Part shown: positions 43,611-52,854 of the stretch, piece after piece
Position numbering within the stretch: position 1 is the stretch's first letter
Layout of the letters: each line of letters starts with the position of its first letter
NCBI GenBank assembly: GCA_039814925.1
Contig: JBCCAH010000010.1
Location: forward strand, 21,606-85,605
Length of the DNA stretch: 64,000 nt
Source of the DNA: Pseudomonadota bacterium
GTDB lineage: Bacteria; Pseudomonadota; Alphaproteobacteria; Sphingomonadales; Sphingomonadaceae
Direction of reading: 5' to 3'
Position numbers and translations under genes: made by a program
The notes under the pieces: generated by a model
Database searches by the model: none
Seen by the model: only the letters and a program-made list of their open reading frames with translations
What the model was told of the DNA's origin: nothing

Positions 43611-44153
43611 TCACGCCGCGTAAGATACGCTCTCACCACTCTGCACAAAATCCAGAGTGAATTCGCGCGCCAGAACCGCTTCTCCGCGCGCACAAGAATG
43701 CCGCTTCGACACCGCGCCCGTGGCTTCGAAACCCAGCTTTTCCAGCACTCGGCCCGATGCGGGATTATCGAGGAAGTGCATCGCCATTACGCGGGCATAT
43801 CCCAGCGTGCGCGCGATCTCGAGCACTGCGCGACCGGCCTCAGTCGCAAAGCCCTGCCCCCAGTGTTGGCGCGCAATCCAATATCCAAGCTCCGCCCCGT
43901 CATCGAATGCGTCGGACCGGTCGATGCCGATACAGCCCACTAACGCCGCATCGCGCGCGCGGGTGATCAGGAAACGAGGAAAGTGCGGCTCTATCGGCAG
44001 CGTGGTGAATTCGCGGGCGTCGTCTTCGCGATAAGGCCAGGGTGCCTTGGCGAGATTTCGCACGACGCCTTCGTCAGCGATACCGCTAAGAACGATTTGC
44101 CAGTCTTCGGGCCAGATAGGCCGCAACAGCAGTCTTTGGCTTCTGTGAAACAC
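43611..44153 (-). CDS. GNAT N-acetyltransferase (RimJ/RimL-like)
   Basis: ELGYWIARQHWGQGFATE, NPASGRVLEKLGF; GTG start 6 nt after GAGGGA. Confidence 0.9.
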   Translation of the reverse strand: MFHRSQRLLLRPIWPEDWQIVLSGIADEGVVRNLAKAPWPYREDDAREFTTLPIEPHFPRFLITRARDAALVGCIGIDRSDAFDDGAELGYWIARQHWGQGFATEAGRAVLEIARTLGYARVMAMHFLDNPASGRVLEKLGFEATGAVSKRHSCARGEAVLAREFTLDFVQSGESVSYAA

Positions 44154-44367
44154 GATCAATCCCTCTCTCGCCCCACGCCTCGCCCGCTACAGCCAATGCG
44201 TGACACAATTGTGGCCACGAAACATGATTTCGCGCCGAATTGAGGGAGAAATGCGAAGAGGGAGACGGCTCCCCCAGTCTTGGGGTGGCCCTTCTCCCTC
44301 ATCAGTGCCGATTTCTATGATCGGCTAGGACCGCCCCGGTGGACGATCCTGTTCGTGAACCGTCCGG

Positions 44368-44637
44368 TTATTCGGCTGCTTCCGCAATCATGTCGACTGA
44401 GACATATTTGCGGCCGAGTTTGCCTTTGTGGAATCGAACAACGCCATCGCTGGTCGCGAAGAGCGTGTGGTCACGGCCCAGGCCAACATTGGCGCCCGGA
44501 TAGAATTTGGTGCCGCGTTGACGCACGAGGATGTTGCCGCCGACCACGACCTGGCCGCCGAACTTCTTCACACCAAGATACTTAGGGTTTGAATCGCGAC
44601 CGTTACGCGATGAACCGCCTGCTTTTTTATGTGCCAT
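44368..44637 (-). CDS. rpmA: 50S ribosomal protein L27
   Basis: [31 protein letters not shown]. Confidence 0.98.
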   Translation of the reverse strand: MAHKKAGGSSRNGRDSNPKYLGVKKFGGQVVVGGNILVRQRGTKFYPGANVGLGRDHTLFATSDGVVRFHKGKLGRKYVSVDMIAEAAE

Positions 44638-44650
44638 GGTTCAGTGATCC

Positions 44651-45151
44651 TTACTTGGTCTCGTCAGCCTTGGGCGCGGCTTTCTTAGCCGGAGCCTTTT
44701 TGGCCGGTGCTTTCTGGGCGGCGGGCTTCTTTTCAGCCGCTGCGGTTTTCGGCGCCGCTTTCTTCGCGGGAGCCTTCTTGGCCGGTGCCGCCTTGGCGTC
44801 GGCGTCATCCGTCTTCGGAGCGGCGGCTTTCTTGGTCGGAGCCTTCTTCGCACCCGCGCCCACATCCGTGATGCGCAGCAACGTCATTTGCTGACGGTGG
44901 CCGGCTTTGCGACGGTAGTTGTGACGGCGGCGCTTTTTGAAAACGACAACCTTTTCACTTTTGGCCTGAGCGATGATCTCAGCCGAAACGGTGACCTTCG
45001 ACGCGTCAGCGATCGTGTCGCCTTCGCCGGCCAGCAGAATATCGTCCAGCGTGATCGTCTCACCGGCTTCACCAGCGAGTTTTTCAACGGCAATTTTGTC
45101 TCCGGCGGCAACCCGATATTGCTTGCCGCCTGTGCGCACTATCGCGAACAT
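44651..45151 (-). CDS. rplU: 50S ribosomal protein L21 with Lys/Ala/Pro-rich C-terminal tail
   Basis: [31 protein letters not shown], then PAKK repeats. Confidence 0.97.
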   Translation of the reverse strand: MFAIVRTGGKQYRVAAGDKIAVEKLAGEAGETITLDDILLAGEGDTIADASKVTVSAEIIAQAKSEKVVVFKKRRRHNYRRKAGHRQQMTLLRITDVGAGAKKAPTKKAAAPKTDDADAKAAPAKKAPAKKAAPKTAAAEKKPAAQKAPAKKAPAKKAAPKADETK

Positions 45152-45430
45152 GGCTTGTAAACTCTCAATCTTGCGTGTGTGTTCAGCCTTGTGAGGCGTA
45201 AAGCCCCGACCAAACGCGTATGCGGCGCCGCTTCGAGAGCAGCCCCGGAAAGATGCGTGCCGTTAAGGGACCGGGGCCTTCAAGTCAACAACAAGGTGCG
45301 AGAGAAAGAGCGTTTGATGGGCTTTCCCCGATCGTCCGCCAATGCAGCTGCTCTGTCTAACCAACATGACACGGCTGATGTTGCGCTATCTATCGCGCTT
45401 TGACACCGCGTGGTATCAGACTGCGGGATT

Positions 45431-45994
45431 ATGACTCACGCTCTTAGACGACTTCAACCAGCAAAGCCCATATTTGCATGCGCTGGCGCGCTGTTCCTTG
45501 GTGCCTGCGCGGGGAGCAGCACCAACTATCCCTCTTTCGCGATACCGACGGCCAGCGAAGAGACCGGGCGCGTCGCGATGCAGTTTCCGGGAGTATCCGT
45601 GCCGGAGCCGCGTGACGGCATTGCGCAACCGGAGACGCTACCTGCCGAGCTGGACGCGCGTCTCGCGGCGATTAACAACCGAGCGATGGTCGCTTCAAAG
45701 GCGTTTTCGGCGAATCTCAGCGCCACTCGAACGCTAGCCCGCTCGGCCGATTCGGCTCCGCCCGATTCGGATCGCTGGGCCGAGGCGCAGATTCGCATTG
45801 CTGATCTTACCTTGCACCACAACAAGACTTCGCTCGCCGCAGCGGACCTCGACGCTTTGGCCGCCTTGGCCCAAACCAGTCAGGCCACGCCGGAAGAAAC
45901 CGGCCAGATCGCCCAGTTGCAGTCCAGCCTTTCTGGTATTTTGACCGGTCAGGCCCAACAATTGGCAGAGATCGCCGCGCGGTTGGATCGTTGA
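45431..45994 (+). CDS. Hypothetical lipoprotein
   Basis: Lipobox LGAC, YPSFAIP, helical remainder. Confidence 0.7.
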   Translation: MTHALRRLQPAKPIFACAGALFLGACAGSSTNYPSFAIPTASEETGRVAMQFPGVSVPEPRDGIAQPETLPAELDARLAAINNRAMVASKAFSANLSATRTLARSADSAPPDSDRWAEAQIRIADLTLHHNKTSLAAADLDALAALAQTSQATPEETGQIAQLQSSLSGILTGQAQQLAEIAARLDR

Positions 45995-46021
45995 AGTTTA
46001 ATCGGGATGAAACAGACATAA

Positions 46022-46735
46022 ATGGCTACAGTTCAACTCGCCTGTGAAGACTGCCCGGTCAAAGCGACCGCCGCATGCGCGGTGCTTACGCCCGAAGAGC
46101 GCGAAGCCATGGCCGCAGCGGGCCGCACGCGCGTCCTTAAGCGCGGTGAGATGCTGTTCGCAGCTGGCGACGAAGAAGCGGCCTGCGCCACCTTGGTCAG
46201 CGGCGCACTAAAGGTCTCTGCGATTGACGCCGATGGCAATGAACAGATCCTCGCGCTGGTCCATCCTGCGGGCTTTATTGGCGAACTGTTCGCTCCCTTT
46301 GCGCATCACGATGTGGTTGCGTTGACTGAGAGTCAGTTGTGCACCTTTGCGCGCGGCGACATTCAGGCGGCGATTGAGAGCTATCCGGCGCTTGCGCGCG
46401 CGCTGCTGCGGCGGTCTCAGGAAGATCTGCTTGCGACGCGCAGCCTCCTAGAGCTTACCGGTAACGCGTCGGCCGAAGCGCGTCTGGCCGCGCTGCTGCA
46501 CGATTTCTCGCGCGCGGCGAGTCAGTCTTCGTGCCACCCCAGCATTGCTTTCGATCTTCCGCTTACGCGTGGAGAGATCGCCAACATGCTGGGCCTGACG
46601 ATTGAGACCGTCAGCCGAAAGCTGGGCGATATCGAGGCCAGCGGCGCGATCAAACGTACAGGAAAGCGCGGGATCGAGGTCCTCGATCCCGCGCTTCTAT
46701 CGGCGCTATCGGGTCGCGCCGAAGACCTAGTGTAG
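46022..46735 (+). CDS. FNR-type (FnrL/FnrN-like) Crp/Fnr regulator
   Basis: Cys8-x2-Cys11-x7-Cys19-x87-Cys107 spacing; LTRGEIANMLGLTIETVSR recognition helix. Confidence 0.9.
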   Translation: MATVQLACEDCPVKATAACAVLTPEEREAMAAAGRTRVLKRGEMLFAAGDEEAACATLVSGALKVSAIDADGNEQILALVHPAGFIGELFAPFAHHDVVALTESQLCTFARGDIQAAIESYPALARALLRRSQEDLLATRSLLELTGNASAEARLAALLHDFSRAASQSSCHPSIAFDLPLTRGEIANMLGLTIETVSRKLGDIEASGAIKRTGKRGIEVLDPALLSALSGRAEDLV

Positions 46736-46744
46736 GACTTAACC

Positions 46745-47179
46745 TTAGGCGACGATTGCCACGACGATCGAAACCGCCAGACCCCAGCACACAATCAGAA
46801 CCGGCAGGATCAGCATCTGGATCGCCGCATCGCGCGGGGCGCAGCGTCCGGTGTTGGTCATCACGCCATCATTGCGAAACTGACCATAGGACATCGGCTT
46901 TGTTGTGTTACCGGCCAGTCGCGTCCAGATCATCGGGACGCCAAAACCGGCGACGATAAATCCGGCAAAGATGACCATCGGGATCGCCAACATCGGAGCC
47001 GCAAAGGCTGCGAGCATGATGCCAAGAAAACCGAGATAACAGGCGACCGTCGTTCCAAACAGCGCGGTGGGCAGTTCGAAGTTCTGGTCAACCTCAACCT
47101 GATGACGCGGAGCTTTGACCGGCGTATCGACGAGACGGGCCTGACCGGTGGCGAGTTTATCTTGAATAAGTTGGCTCAT
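46745..47179 (-). CDS. Hypothetical membrane protein (about 3 TM)
   Basis: AGGAGA RBS; 144 aa with hydrophobic segments. Confidence 0.8.
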   Translation of the reverse strand: MSQLIQDKLATGQARLVDTPVKAPRHQVEVDQNFELPTALFGTTVACYLGFLGIMLAAFAAPMLAIPMVIFAGFIVAGFGVPMIWTRLAGNTTKPMSYGQFRNDGVMTNTGRCAPRDAAIQMLILPVLIVCWGLAVSIVVAIVA

Positions 47180-47231
47180 ATGGTGTCTCCTATGTTGGAG
47201 ACAGAGCTAGGGCTGGGGCTGTTGGATTGCC

Positions 47232-47245
47232 TTGATCTTGATCAA
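47232..47245. promoter_or_regulatory. FNR/FixK box
   Basis: Perfect TTGAT-CTTG-ATCAA, about 52 nt upstream of the ATG at 47179. Confidence 0.85.
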
Positions 47246-47279
47246 AGTGCGTAGGCGGTATTGCGAAATATCAAATCGG

Positions 47280-47729
47280 TCAGCTCCAGCGCGCCAGATC
47301 GGTGTAGTCCTCATCGCGCGGCTCGATCCACGACCACTCGCCGTCCTTGAGTTCACGTTTCCAGAACCACGCCGCGCTTTTGAGGTGGTCCATGCAATAA
47401 TCGACCGCTTCGATCGCGCCGCGACGGTGGCGCGCGGCGGCGCTGACGCAGACAATCGGTTCACCCGGGCGCATCCGGCCAACGCGGTGCACCATCAGGA
47501 TACCCATCAGGCCAAAGCGCTCCAGAGCCGCGTCAGCGAGATCATGCATGCCAGACAGCGTCAGCGGTTCGTAATGCGAAAGCTCCAGCGCCTCGACCCG
47601 CTGGTCATCTCCGCTGCGCACTTCGCCGACGAAGGTGCACACCCCGCCCAGCCCCGGATTGGCGTTGGTAAACGGCCCGATCAGCGTGCCGGGTATGAAC
47701 ATTTCGTGGAGAAGACGAACGTCTTTCAT
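47280..47729 (-). CDS. moaE: Molybdopterin synthase catalytic subunit
   Basis: FVGEVR, LELSHYEP, HRVGRM, DHLKSAAWFWKRE. Confidence 0.92.
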   Translation of the reverse strand: MKDVRLLHEMFIPGTLIGPFTNANPGLGGVCTFVGEVRSGDDQRVEALELSHYEPLTLSGMHDLADAALERFGLMGILMVHRVGRMRPGEPIVCVSAAARHRRGAIEAVDYCMDHLKSAAWFWKRELKDGEWSWIEPRDEDYTDLARWS

Positions 47730-47746
47730 GCGCCGCTGGTGTGGCC

Positions 47747-47989
47747 CTATCCGCCCGAAACCGGCGGGAGCAGCGCCACCTCGTCGCCGTCCTGCGCGTC
47801 AAGCTGAGTCTTGTCGCCCAGCACCTTACCCGCGCACGCGACGTTGACGCGTGCCTCCCTCAATTGCTCGGCCACCTCAGGCCCCACAGCGTGCAGCAGC
47901 CCCGCCCAGTCCAGCGGCGCGTCAACCTCACGGGACGCCTCGCCCGCCAGATCGCGAAGAGGACCGAGGAAAAGGATTTTGATCGCCAT
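47747..47989 (-). CDS. moaD: Molybdopterin synthase sulfur carrier
   Basis: 80 aa ending DEVALLPPVSGG. Confidence 0.92.
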   Translation of the reverse strand: MAIKILFLGPLRDLAGEASREVDAPLDWAGLLHAVGPEVAEQLREARVNVACAGKVLGDKTQLDAQDGDEVALLPPVSGG

Positions 47990-47992
47990 CGC

Positions 47993-49057
47993 TCACCCTC
48001 CCGTCATTGACATATGGCGCGCAAGGTGCGGCGTGGCCCCGCGTTCGTCCATGCGAAAGCGATGCTTTTCCGGCTTGATCATGAGAGCGCGGCTGAGAGC
48101 GTCAGCGACCTGCGCCTGCGGATCGTCCGAGCGCAAGGCCGCGCGCAGGTCCACCCGCTCCGAGCCGCCAAGGCACGGATAAAGCTGCCCCGTCGCGGTC
48201 ACACGCAAACGGTTGCAACCCTCGCAAAAATTGCCGGTGTGCGGGGTAATCAGGCCAAGCCGCCCACCCGTCTCGGCAATGTCCCAATAGCGCGCCGGCC
48301 CGCCAGTGTTCACGGCGCTGGCGTTCAGCGTCCAGCGCTGCTCCAGACGCGCTTTCACCTCATCAAGCGGCAGATACTGATCGAGGCGTTCTTCCTCAAC
48401 ATCGCCCAGCGGCATCACTTCGATCAGCGTTACGTCGTGCCCGTCCGAATGCGCCCAACCGATCAGATCCTCGATCTCGTCCTCGTTCACGCCCTTAAGC
48501 GCGACCGCGTTGAGTTTGACCTTCAACCCAGCTTCTTTGGCTGCCGCGATGCCTTCAAGAACCTGAGGCAAAGCGTCGCGCCGCGTCAGTTCAGCAAATT
48601 TCGCAGGGTCGAGCGTGTCGAGCGAGATATTGACCCGTTCCACGCCGGCCTTGGCCAGTTCATCGGCGTAACGATCCAATTGCGTCGCGTTGGTAGTGAG
48701 GGTGAGCTCGTTTAGGCCGCCTCCCCCTTTCGAAACCAAATGCCGACCCAGCGCCGTGAACAGATCGATGATATCGCGCCGTACCAACGGCTCACCGCCG
48801 GTGATGCGAATTTTGGTGACCCCGCGCGCGATAAAGCCGGTAGAGAGATCGTAAAGCTCTTCAAGGCTCAACACTTCCTTGCGCGGCAGAAAGGTCATGC
48901 GTTCGGGCATGCAATAGGTGCAGCGCAAATCGCAGCGATCGGTGACGGAAAGGCGCAGATATGTGATCCGGCGCTGGAACGCGTCGACGAGACCCACGGG
49001 GTCAGCGCCGGACAGGTCCAAGCGATCGCGGTCGCGACTGGATTTCAGCTCACTCAT
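47993..49057 (-). CDS. moaA: GTP 3',8-cyclase
   Basis: YLRLSVTDRCDLRCTYC, RITGGEP, FCEGCNRLR ... PCL, C-terminal MTGG. Confidence 0.95.
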   Translation of the reverse strand: MSELKSSRDRDRLDLSGADPVGLVDAFQRRITYLRLSVTDRCDLRCTYCMPERMTFLPRKEVLSLEELYDLSTGFIARGVTKIRITGGEPLVRRDIIDLFTALGRHLVSKGGGGLNELTLTTNATQLDRYADELAKAGVERVNISLDTLDPAKFAELTRRDALPQVLEGIAAAKEAGLKVKLNAVALKGVNEDEIEDLIGWAHSDGHDVTLIEVMPLGDVEEERLDQYLPLDEVKARLEQRWTLNASAVNTGGPARYWDIAETGGRLGLITPHTGNFCEGCNRLRVTATGQLYPCLGGSERVDLRAALRSDDPQAQVADALSRALMIKPEKHRFRMDERGATPHLARHMSMTGG

Positions 49058-49379
49058 GCGCCTCAACATAGTGGCCTGTGACGCCCGGCGCATCCCTTAG
49101 ATATCGCAGCAGGGTCGCCAGCGCTTCGCCCGGCTCGCCAGCGGCAATATTCACGCGCTTGGGCGTGTATTCGCGCGCCAGATCGCCCGCCAAGGCGCGG
49201 CGCCACGCGTCGTGTTCGCTCGATGCGGCAGGTAGGATGACGGTCAGCGAAGCAAGGTCGTCCGTTTCGATAGCGGCGCGAATATCGGGCAGCAGTTTTT
49301 CGATCAGAAAGGCGTGCGCTTCAAGGCCCGAGGCCGGCAAATCGCGTTGCGCTTCCCAATCCACGTGCTGCCCGGCCAT
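49050..49379 (-). CDS. Small protein resembling the C-terminal half of an SDR (Rossmann-fold fragment)
   Basis: LAREYTPKRVN and APGVTGHYV resemble SDR C-terminal motifs; overlaps the folB stop (TGATG) and the moaA start. Confidence 0.65.
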   Translation of the reverse strand: MAGQHVDWEAQRDLPASGLEAHAFLIEKLLPDIRAAIETDDLASLTVILPAASSEHDAWRRALAGDLAREYTPKRVNIAAGEPGEALATLLRYLRDAPGVTGHYVEAHE

Positions 49380-49753
49380 CAGTCGAGGGGCCGTTCGCGA
49401 TGCATGGTGATGCCGATCTGTTCGTTCGCCTCCGCAATGGCAAGCTTGACGATCTTCACCGTCACCGCCTGCACGCGCCGGTCTTGCACAAACAAGGTCT
49501 CACACACGTGGTCCGCCACCGCTTCGATCAGTTTGAAATGCACGCCTTCGGGCAAACCCTCACAGGCGGCCTTCAGGTCCATGTAATTCTTGCTCGCCTC
49601 AAGCGGTGTATCGGGCTCATACCGATCCGCGATGTCATAGCGCGCCTGCACGGTGAAGCGCAGCGGCTGCGGCTTTCCGGTTTCCTCGGAATAGATGCCG
49701 GTTAGGACGTCGACTTCAAGATCGGCGACTTCGAGAGTGAGCGAATCGGTCAT
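49379..49753 (-). CDS. folB: Dihydroneopterin aldolase
   Basis: GIYSEE, NYMDL, LIEAVA, VTVKIVK. Confidence 0.87.
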   Translation of the reverse strand: MTDSLTLEVADLEVDVLTGIYSEETGKPQPLRFTVQARYDIADRYEPDTPLEASKNYMDLKAACEGLPEGVHFKLIEAVADHVCETLFVQDRRVQAVTVKIVKLAIAEANEQIGITMHRERPLD

Positions 49754-49786
49754 ATTTCTGCTTGCAATGGATCCTTGCGAGGCCCC

Positions 49787-50764
49787 TTAGCGCGGATTGC
49801 TCCACCGTGCGAAGATAGCTGTGGGAAGCAACCGGGGGTTTGCCGCGCCCGTCACGGGCTCCTCGCGCACGACCAGGTCGCCGTGTTCGATGACGCCCGG
49901 CAAATGTCTAAGCGCTTCTTGGAGCAGTCCTGCAATTGCGACGCTGCTCATGCGCACGGCGTAGACGGTGAGGAACAGGAATGCGCTGTCGCGGTCGAGC
50001 AACTGCGCGCAATCGCCGACCAGGCCGGGCAAACCCTCTTCCAAACGCCATGTCTCATTCTTGGGTCCGCGGCCGAATTTGGGCGGGTCAAGGATGATGC
50101 CATCATAGCGTTTTTCGCGGCGCACTTCGCGCGCGGTGAATTTGGCGGCGTCGTCCACCAACCAGCGGATGGGCTTGTCCTCCATCCCCGACAGCGCGGC
50201 GTTGTCGCGCGCTTGGGCCACCGATTTCTTCGAGGCATCGACATGAGTGACTTGGCCGTATTCGCTGAGCGCGAGAGAACCGAGCCCGGTGTAGCCGAAC
50301 AGGTTCAAAAAACTTAGCGGCGAGCCCTCGCGAAGGCGGGGGCCTCCATCGTCTTGGAGCTTCGATTGAGAGAGGTCCCCGCCTGCGCGGGGACTCACGA
50401 TTGACCCCATCCAGTCCCACACCGGGGCCATATCGGGGAAGAATTGCAAATGCCGGAAAGGTGTCGGCTGTGCCGAGAAGCGCACGCTGTTCCAATTGAG
50501 CGTCCAATCCGCCGGAGGAGCATCAGGCTCCATAACCCAGCGCCCGCCACCGTCTTCATCGCTGCCCGGAATGAACTCGCCCGCCGCCGGCCAATCGGCA
50601 AGGCGCGGCTGCCATAGGGCTTGCGGTTCGGGACGGATAAAGGCGTGCGGGCCGAACGCCTCGTATTTGCGCCCCGCCCCGCTGTCGAGCAGACGGTACG
50701 CGCCCTCGTCGTTTGGCCACCCGGTGCATTCCATCAGGATCGGCTGTTGCCGCAGTTCCGCCAT
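49787..50764 (-). CDS. Class I SAM-dependent methyltransferase (RlmI/RlmK-like) with internal 26-aa insertion
   Basis: FIRPEPQALW, FRHLQFFP, LNLFGYTG, HVDASKK, DGIILDPPKFGRG. Confidence 0.88.
   Translation of the reverse strand: MAELRQQPILMECTGWPNDEGAYRLLDSGAGRKYEAFGPHAFIRPEPQALWQPRLADWPAAGEFIPGSDEDGGGRWVMEPDAPPADWTLNWNSVRFSAQPTPFRHLQFFPDMAPVWDWMGSIVSPRAGGDLSQSKLQDDGGPRLREGSPLSFLNLFGYTGLGSLALSEYGQVTHVDASKKSVAQARDNAALSGMEDKPIRWLVDDAAKFTAREVRREKRYDGIILDPPKFGRGPKNETWRLEEGLPGLVGDCAQLLDRDSAFLFLTVYAVRMSSVAIAGLLQEALRHLPGVIEHGDLVVREEPVTGAANPRLLPTAIFARWSNPR
50321..50398 (-). repeat. In-frame copy of the 78-bp REP-like element
   Basis: First 28 nt identical to 9799-9826 (GTGAGTCCCCGCGCAGGCGGGGACCTCT); encodes VSPRAGGDLSQSKLQDDGGPRLREGS. 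Confidence 0.9.
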
Positions 50765-50774
50765 TAGATAACCG

Positions 50775-52196
50775 TCACGCGCTCTCGATCCGGCCCGCAG
50801 CGTGGTCGAGCACGTAATCGCGCGAAGCTTGGTACTCGCCCGCGATTTCGCTGTAGGCTTCTTCGCGCCCGAACAGGTCCCCCACGCGCGTCGGCAGCGA
50901 GGGGCGCACGCCAATGGCGCGCTCAACCGCGTCGGTGAACTTGGCCGGATGCGCGGTGGCTAGGGTGACGATAGGCGTGCCGCGTTCGATGGTTTGATCG
51001 TCGGCCAGAGCAAGACTGGCGTGCAGACCCACCGCTGTGTGCGGATCAATGACTTGGCCAGCGTTGCGGCTGGCCCATTGCAGCGCCTTGATCGTCTCGT
51101 CAGGATCGGCGCTGGCGCTTGCAAAAAGGGAGGCCGCGCCCTCGCGCTGGCTGTTGGTCAGCTGCATCGCGCGCGATTTTTCGAAGGTCGCCATCTGAGC
51201 CGCCATCGCCGCGCCATCGCGCCCGCCGGAGTCGAACAAAAGTCGCTCAAAATTTGAGCTCACCTGAATATCCATTGACGGCGTGTGCGTGGGCGTGACC
51301 TCGCCAGCGGAATAGTCGCCGTCTTTCAGCGCGCGGTGGAGAATGTCGTTGATGTTGGTCGCAACGATCAGCTTTGCGATGGGCAGGCCCATCTGGCTCG
51401 CGACATAGCCCGCGAACACATCACCGAAATTGCCCGTTGGCACGCTGTACGCCGCCGCGCGTTCGGGAGCGCCCAGTTGCAGGCCAGCGTAGAAATAATA
51501 GACCACTTGCGCCATCAAGCGCGCCCAGTTGATCGAGTTGACCGCGCCGAGGTTCAGCACCGTGTTCACATCGCTGTCGCCAAACATGCGCTTCACATGG
51601 CGCTGCGCGTCGTCGAAGCTGCCTTCAATCGCTAGGTTGTGGACGTTGGGCGCGCGCACTGTGGTCATCTGGCGGCGCTGCACCTCGCTCACCCGGCCTT
51701 TGGGGTGGAGCATGAAAATCTCGACCCGGTCGCGCCCGGCCACTGCGTTGATCGCCGCCGAGCCCGTATCGCCGCTGGTCGCGCCGACGATAGTCAGACG
51801 CTGGTTACGACGCTCTAGAAATGTCTCGAACAATGACCCGAGCAATTGCAGCGCGACATCTTTGAACGCCAGCGTCGGGCCGTGGAACAATTCAAGCAGC
51901 CAATGCGTCTCATCCATCTGCACCAGCGGCGTGACCGCCTTGTGCCCGAAGTCGCCATAGACCGCCTGGCACAGCCCTTCGAGCTCTTCGCGCGTCAGGC
52001 TGCCCTCCACAAAGGGAGCCATAATTCGCGCGGCCAGTTCGTGATAGGGCAGCCCGCGCATCTCCGCGATTTCGCCGGGCGAGAATTTGGGCCAGACCTG
52101 CGGCACATAGAGGCCGCCATCGCTGGCAAGGCCCGCCAATGTGGCGCCTTCAAAATCGAGCGTTGGGGCCGATCCTCGAGTGGAAATATATTGCAT
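50775..52196 (-). CDS. thrC: Threonine synthase
   Basis: MQYISTRG, GLASDGGLYVP, FHGPTLAFKD (PLP Lys), ATSGDTG, ATAHPAKF. Confidence 0.96.
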   Translation of the reverse strand: MQYISTRGSAPTLDFEGATLAGLASDGGLYVPQVWPKFSPGEIAEMRGLPYHELAARIMAPFVEGSLTREELEGLCQAVYGDFGHKAVTPLVQMDETHWLLELFHGPTLAFKDVALQLLGSLFETFLERRNQRLTIVGATSGDTGSAAINAVAGRDRVEIFMLHPKGRVSEVQRRQMTTVRAPNVHNLAIEGSFDDAQRHVKRMFGDSDVNTVLNLGAVNSINWARLMAQVVYYFYAGLQLGAPERAAAYSVPTGNFGDVFAGYVASQMGLPIAKLIVATNINDILHRALKDGDYSAGEVTPTHTPSMDIQVSSNFERLLFDSGGRDGAAMAAQMATFEKSRAMQLTNSQREGAASLFASASADPDETIKALQWASRNAGQVIDPHTAVGLHASLALADDQTIERGTPIVTLATAHPAKFTDAVERAIGVRPSLPTRVGDLFGREEAYSEIAGEYQASRDYVLDHAAGRIESA

Positions 52197-52248
52197 ATGC
52201 GAAATGGGGTTAGCGATGCGGACCCTCGCGGGCAAGATTGACGCTACG

Positions 52249-52854
52249 TCAGGCTGATTTTGATCGGGAGACGCGGGCCGTGCGTGACCTGAGCGCGAGG
52301 AAATAGATCACCAAGGCGGTGATGGCGAAGAAGAACCATTGGCCAGCATAGGCGATATGGTTGTTGGGCAGATCATTGGGATCGGGTTTGGCAAGAGGCT
52401 CGAGGCCAGCCAAAGCCGGATCGGCAATAACCTTGAATCCAATCCCCATTTTCACCAGGACACCCTCGACCACTCCACCATCAAAGACCGGCTGCTGAGG
52501 GGACTGTGACCATCCAATATCGGCGTAGGTGTGTTCCGGTAAGTCATCGAAGAATGGCTGAACGGCGCACAAATAGCGGTGCGCAAACCCAGTCTGACCC
52601 CGACGATTGCGCCCCGCGACGGCTTGCCAGCCTCTTGGGTTATCGCATTCCATTCGTATCCGGCGGTAGGCAAAATCCTCGCGACCTGTTTTGATCTCAA
52701 CCACTTCGTCTCTGGCAGATTGCGCCTCAAATTGGGCGATCAGTTCAGCCTTCTCCTCCGCTCGGCCGATCTGCCAGATGCCAAGCGCCACCATTGTCGC
52801 CGCGGCGGCCAGCACAAGGATTGTGGGGATGATGGGGAGCGGTTTCAGCGTCAT
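52249..52854 (-). CDS. SURF1 family cytochrome oxidase biogenesis protein
   Basis: LGIWQIGR, PNNHIAYAGQWF. Confidence 0.88.
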   Translation of the reverse strand: MTLKPLPIIPTILVLAAAATMVALGIWQIGRAEEKAELIAQFEAQSARDEVVEIKTGREDFAYRRIRMECDNPRGWQAVAGRNRRGQTGFAHRYLCAVQPFFDDLPEHTYADIGWSQSPQQPVFDGGVVEGVLVKMGIGFKVIADPALAGLEPLAKPDPNDLPNNHIAYAGQWFFFAITALVIYFLALRSRTARVSRSKSA

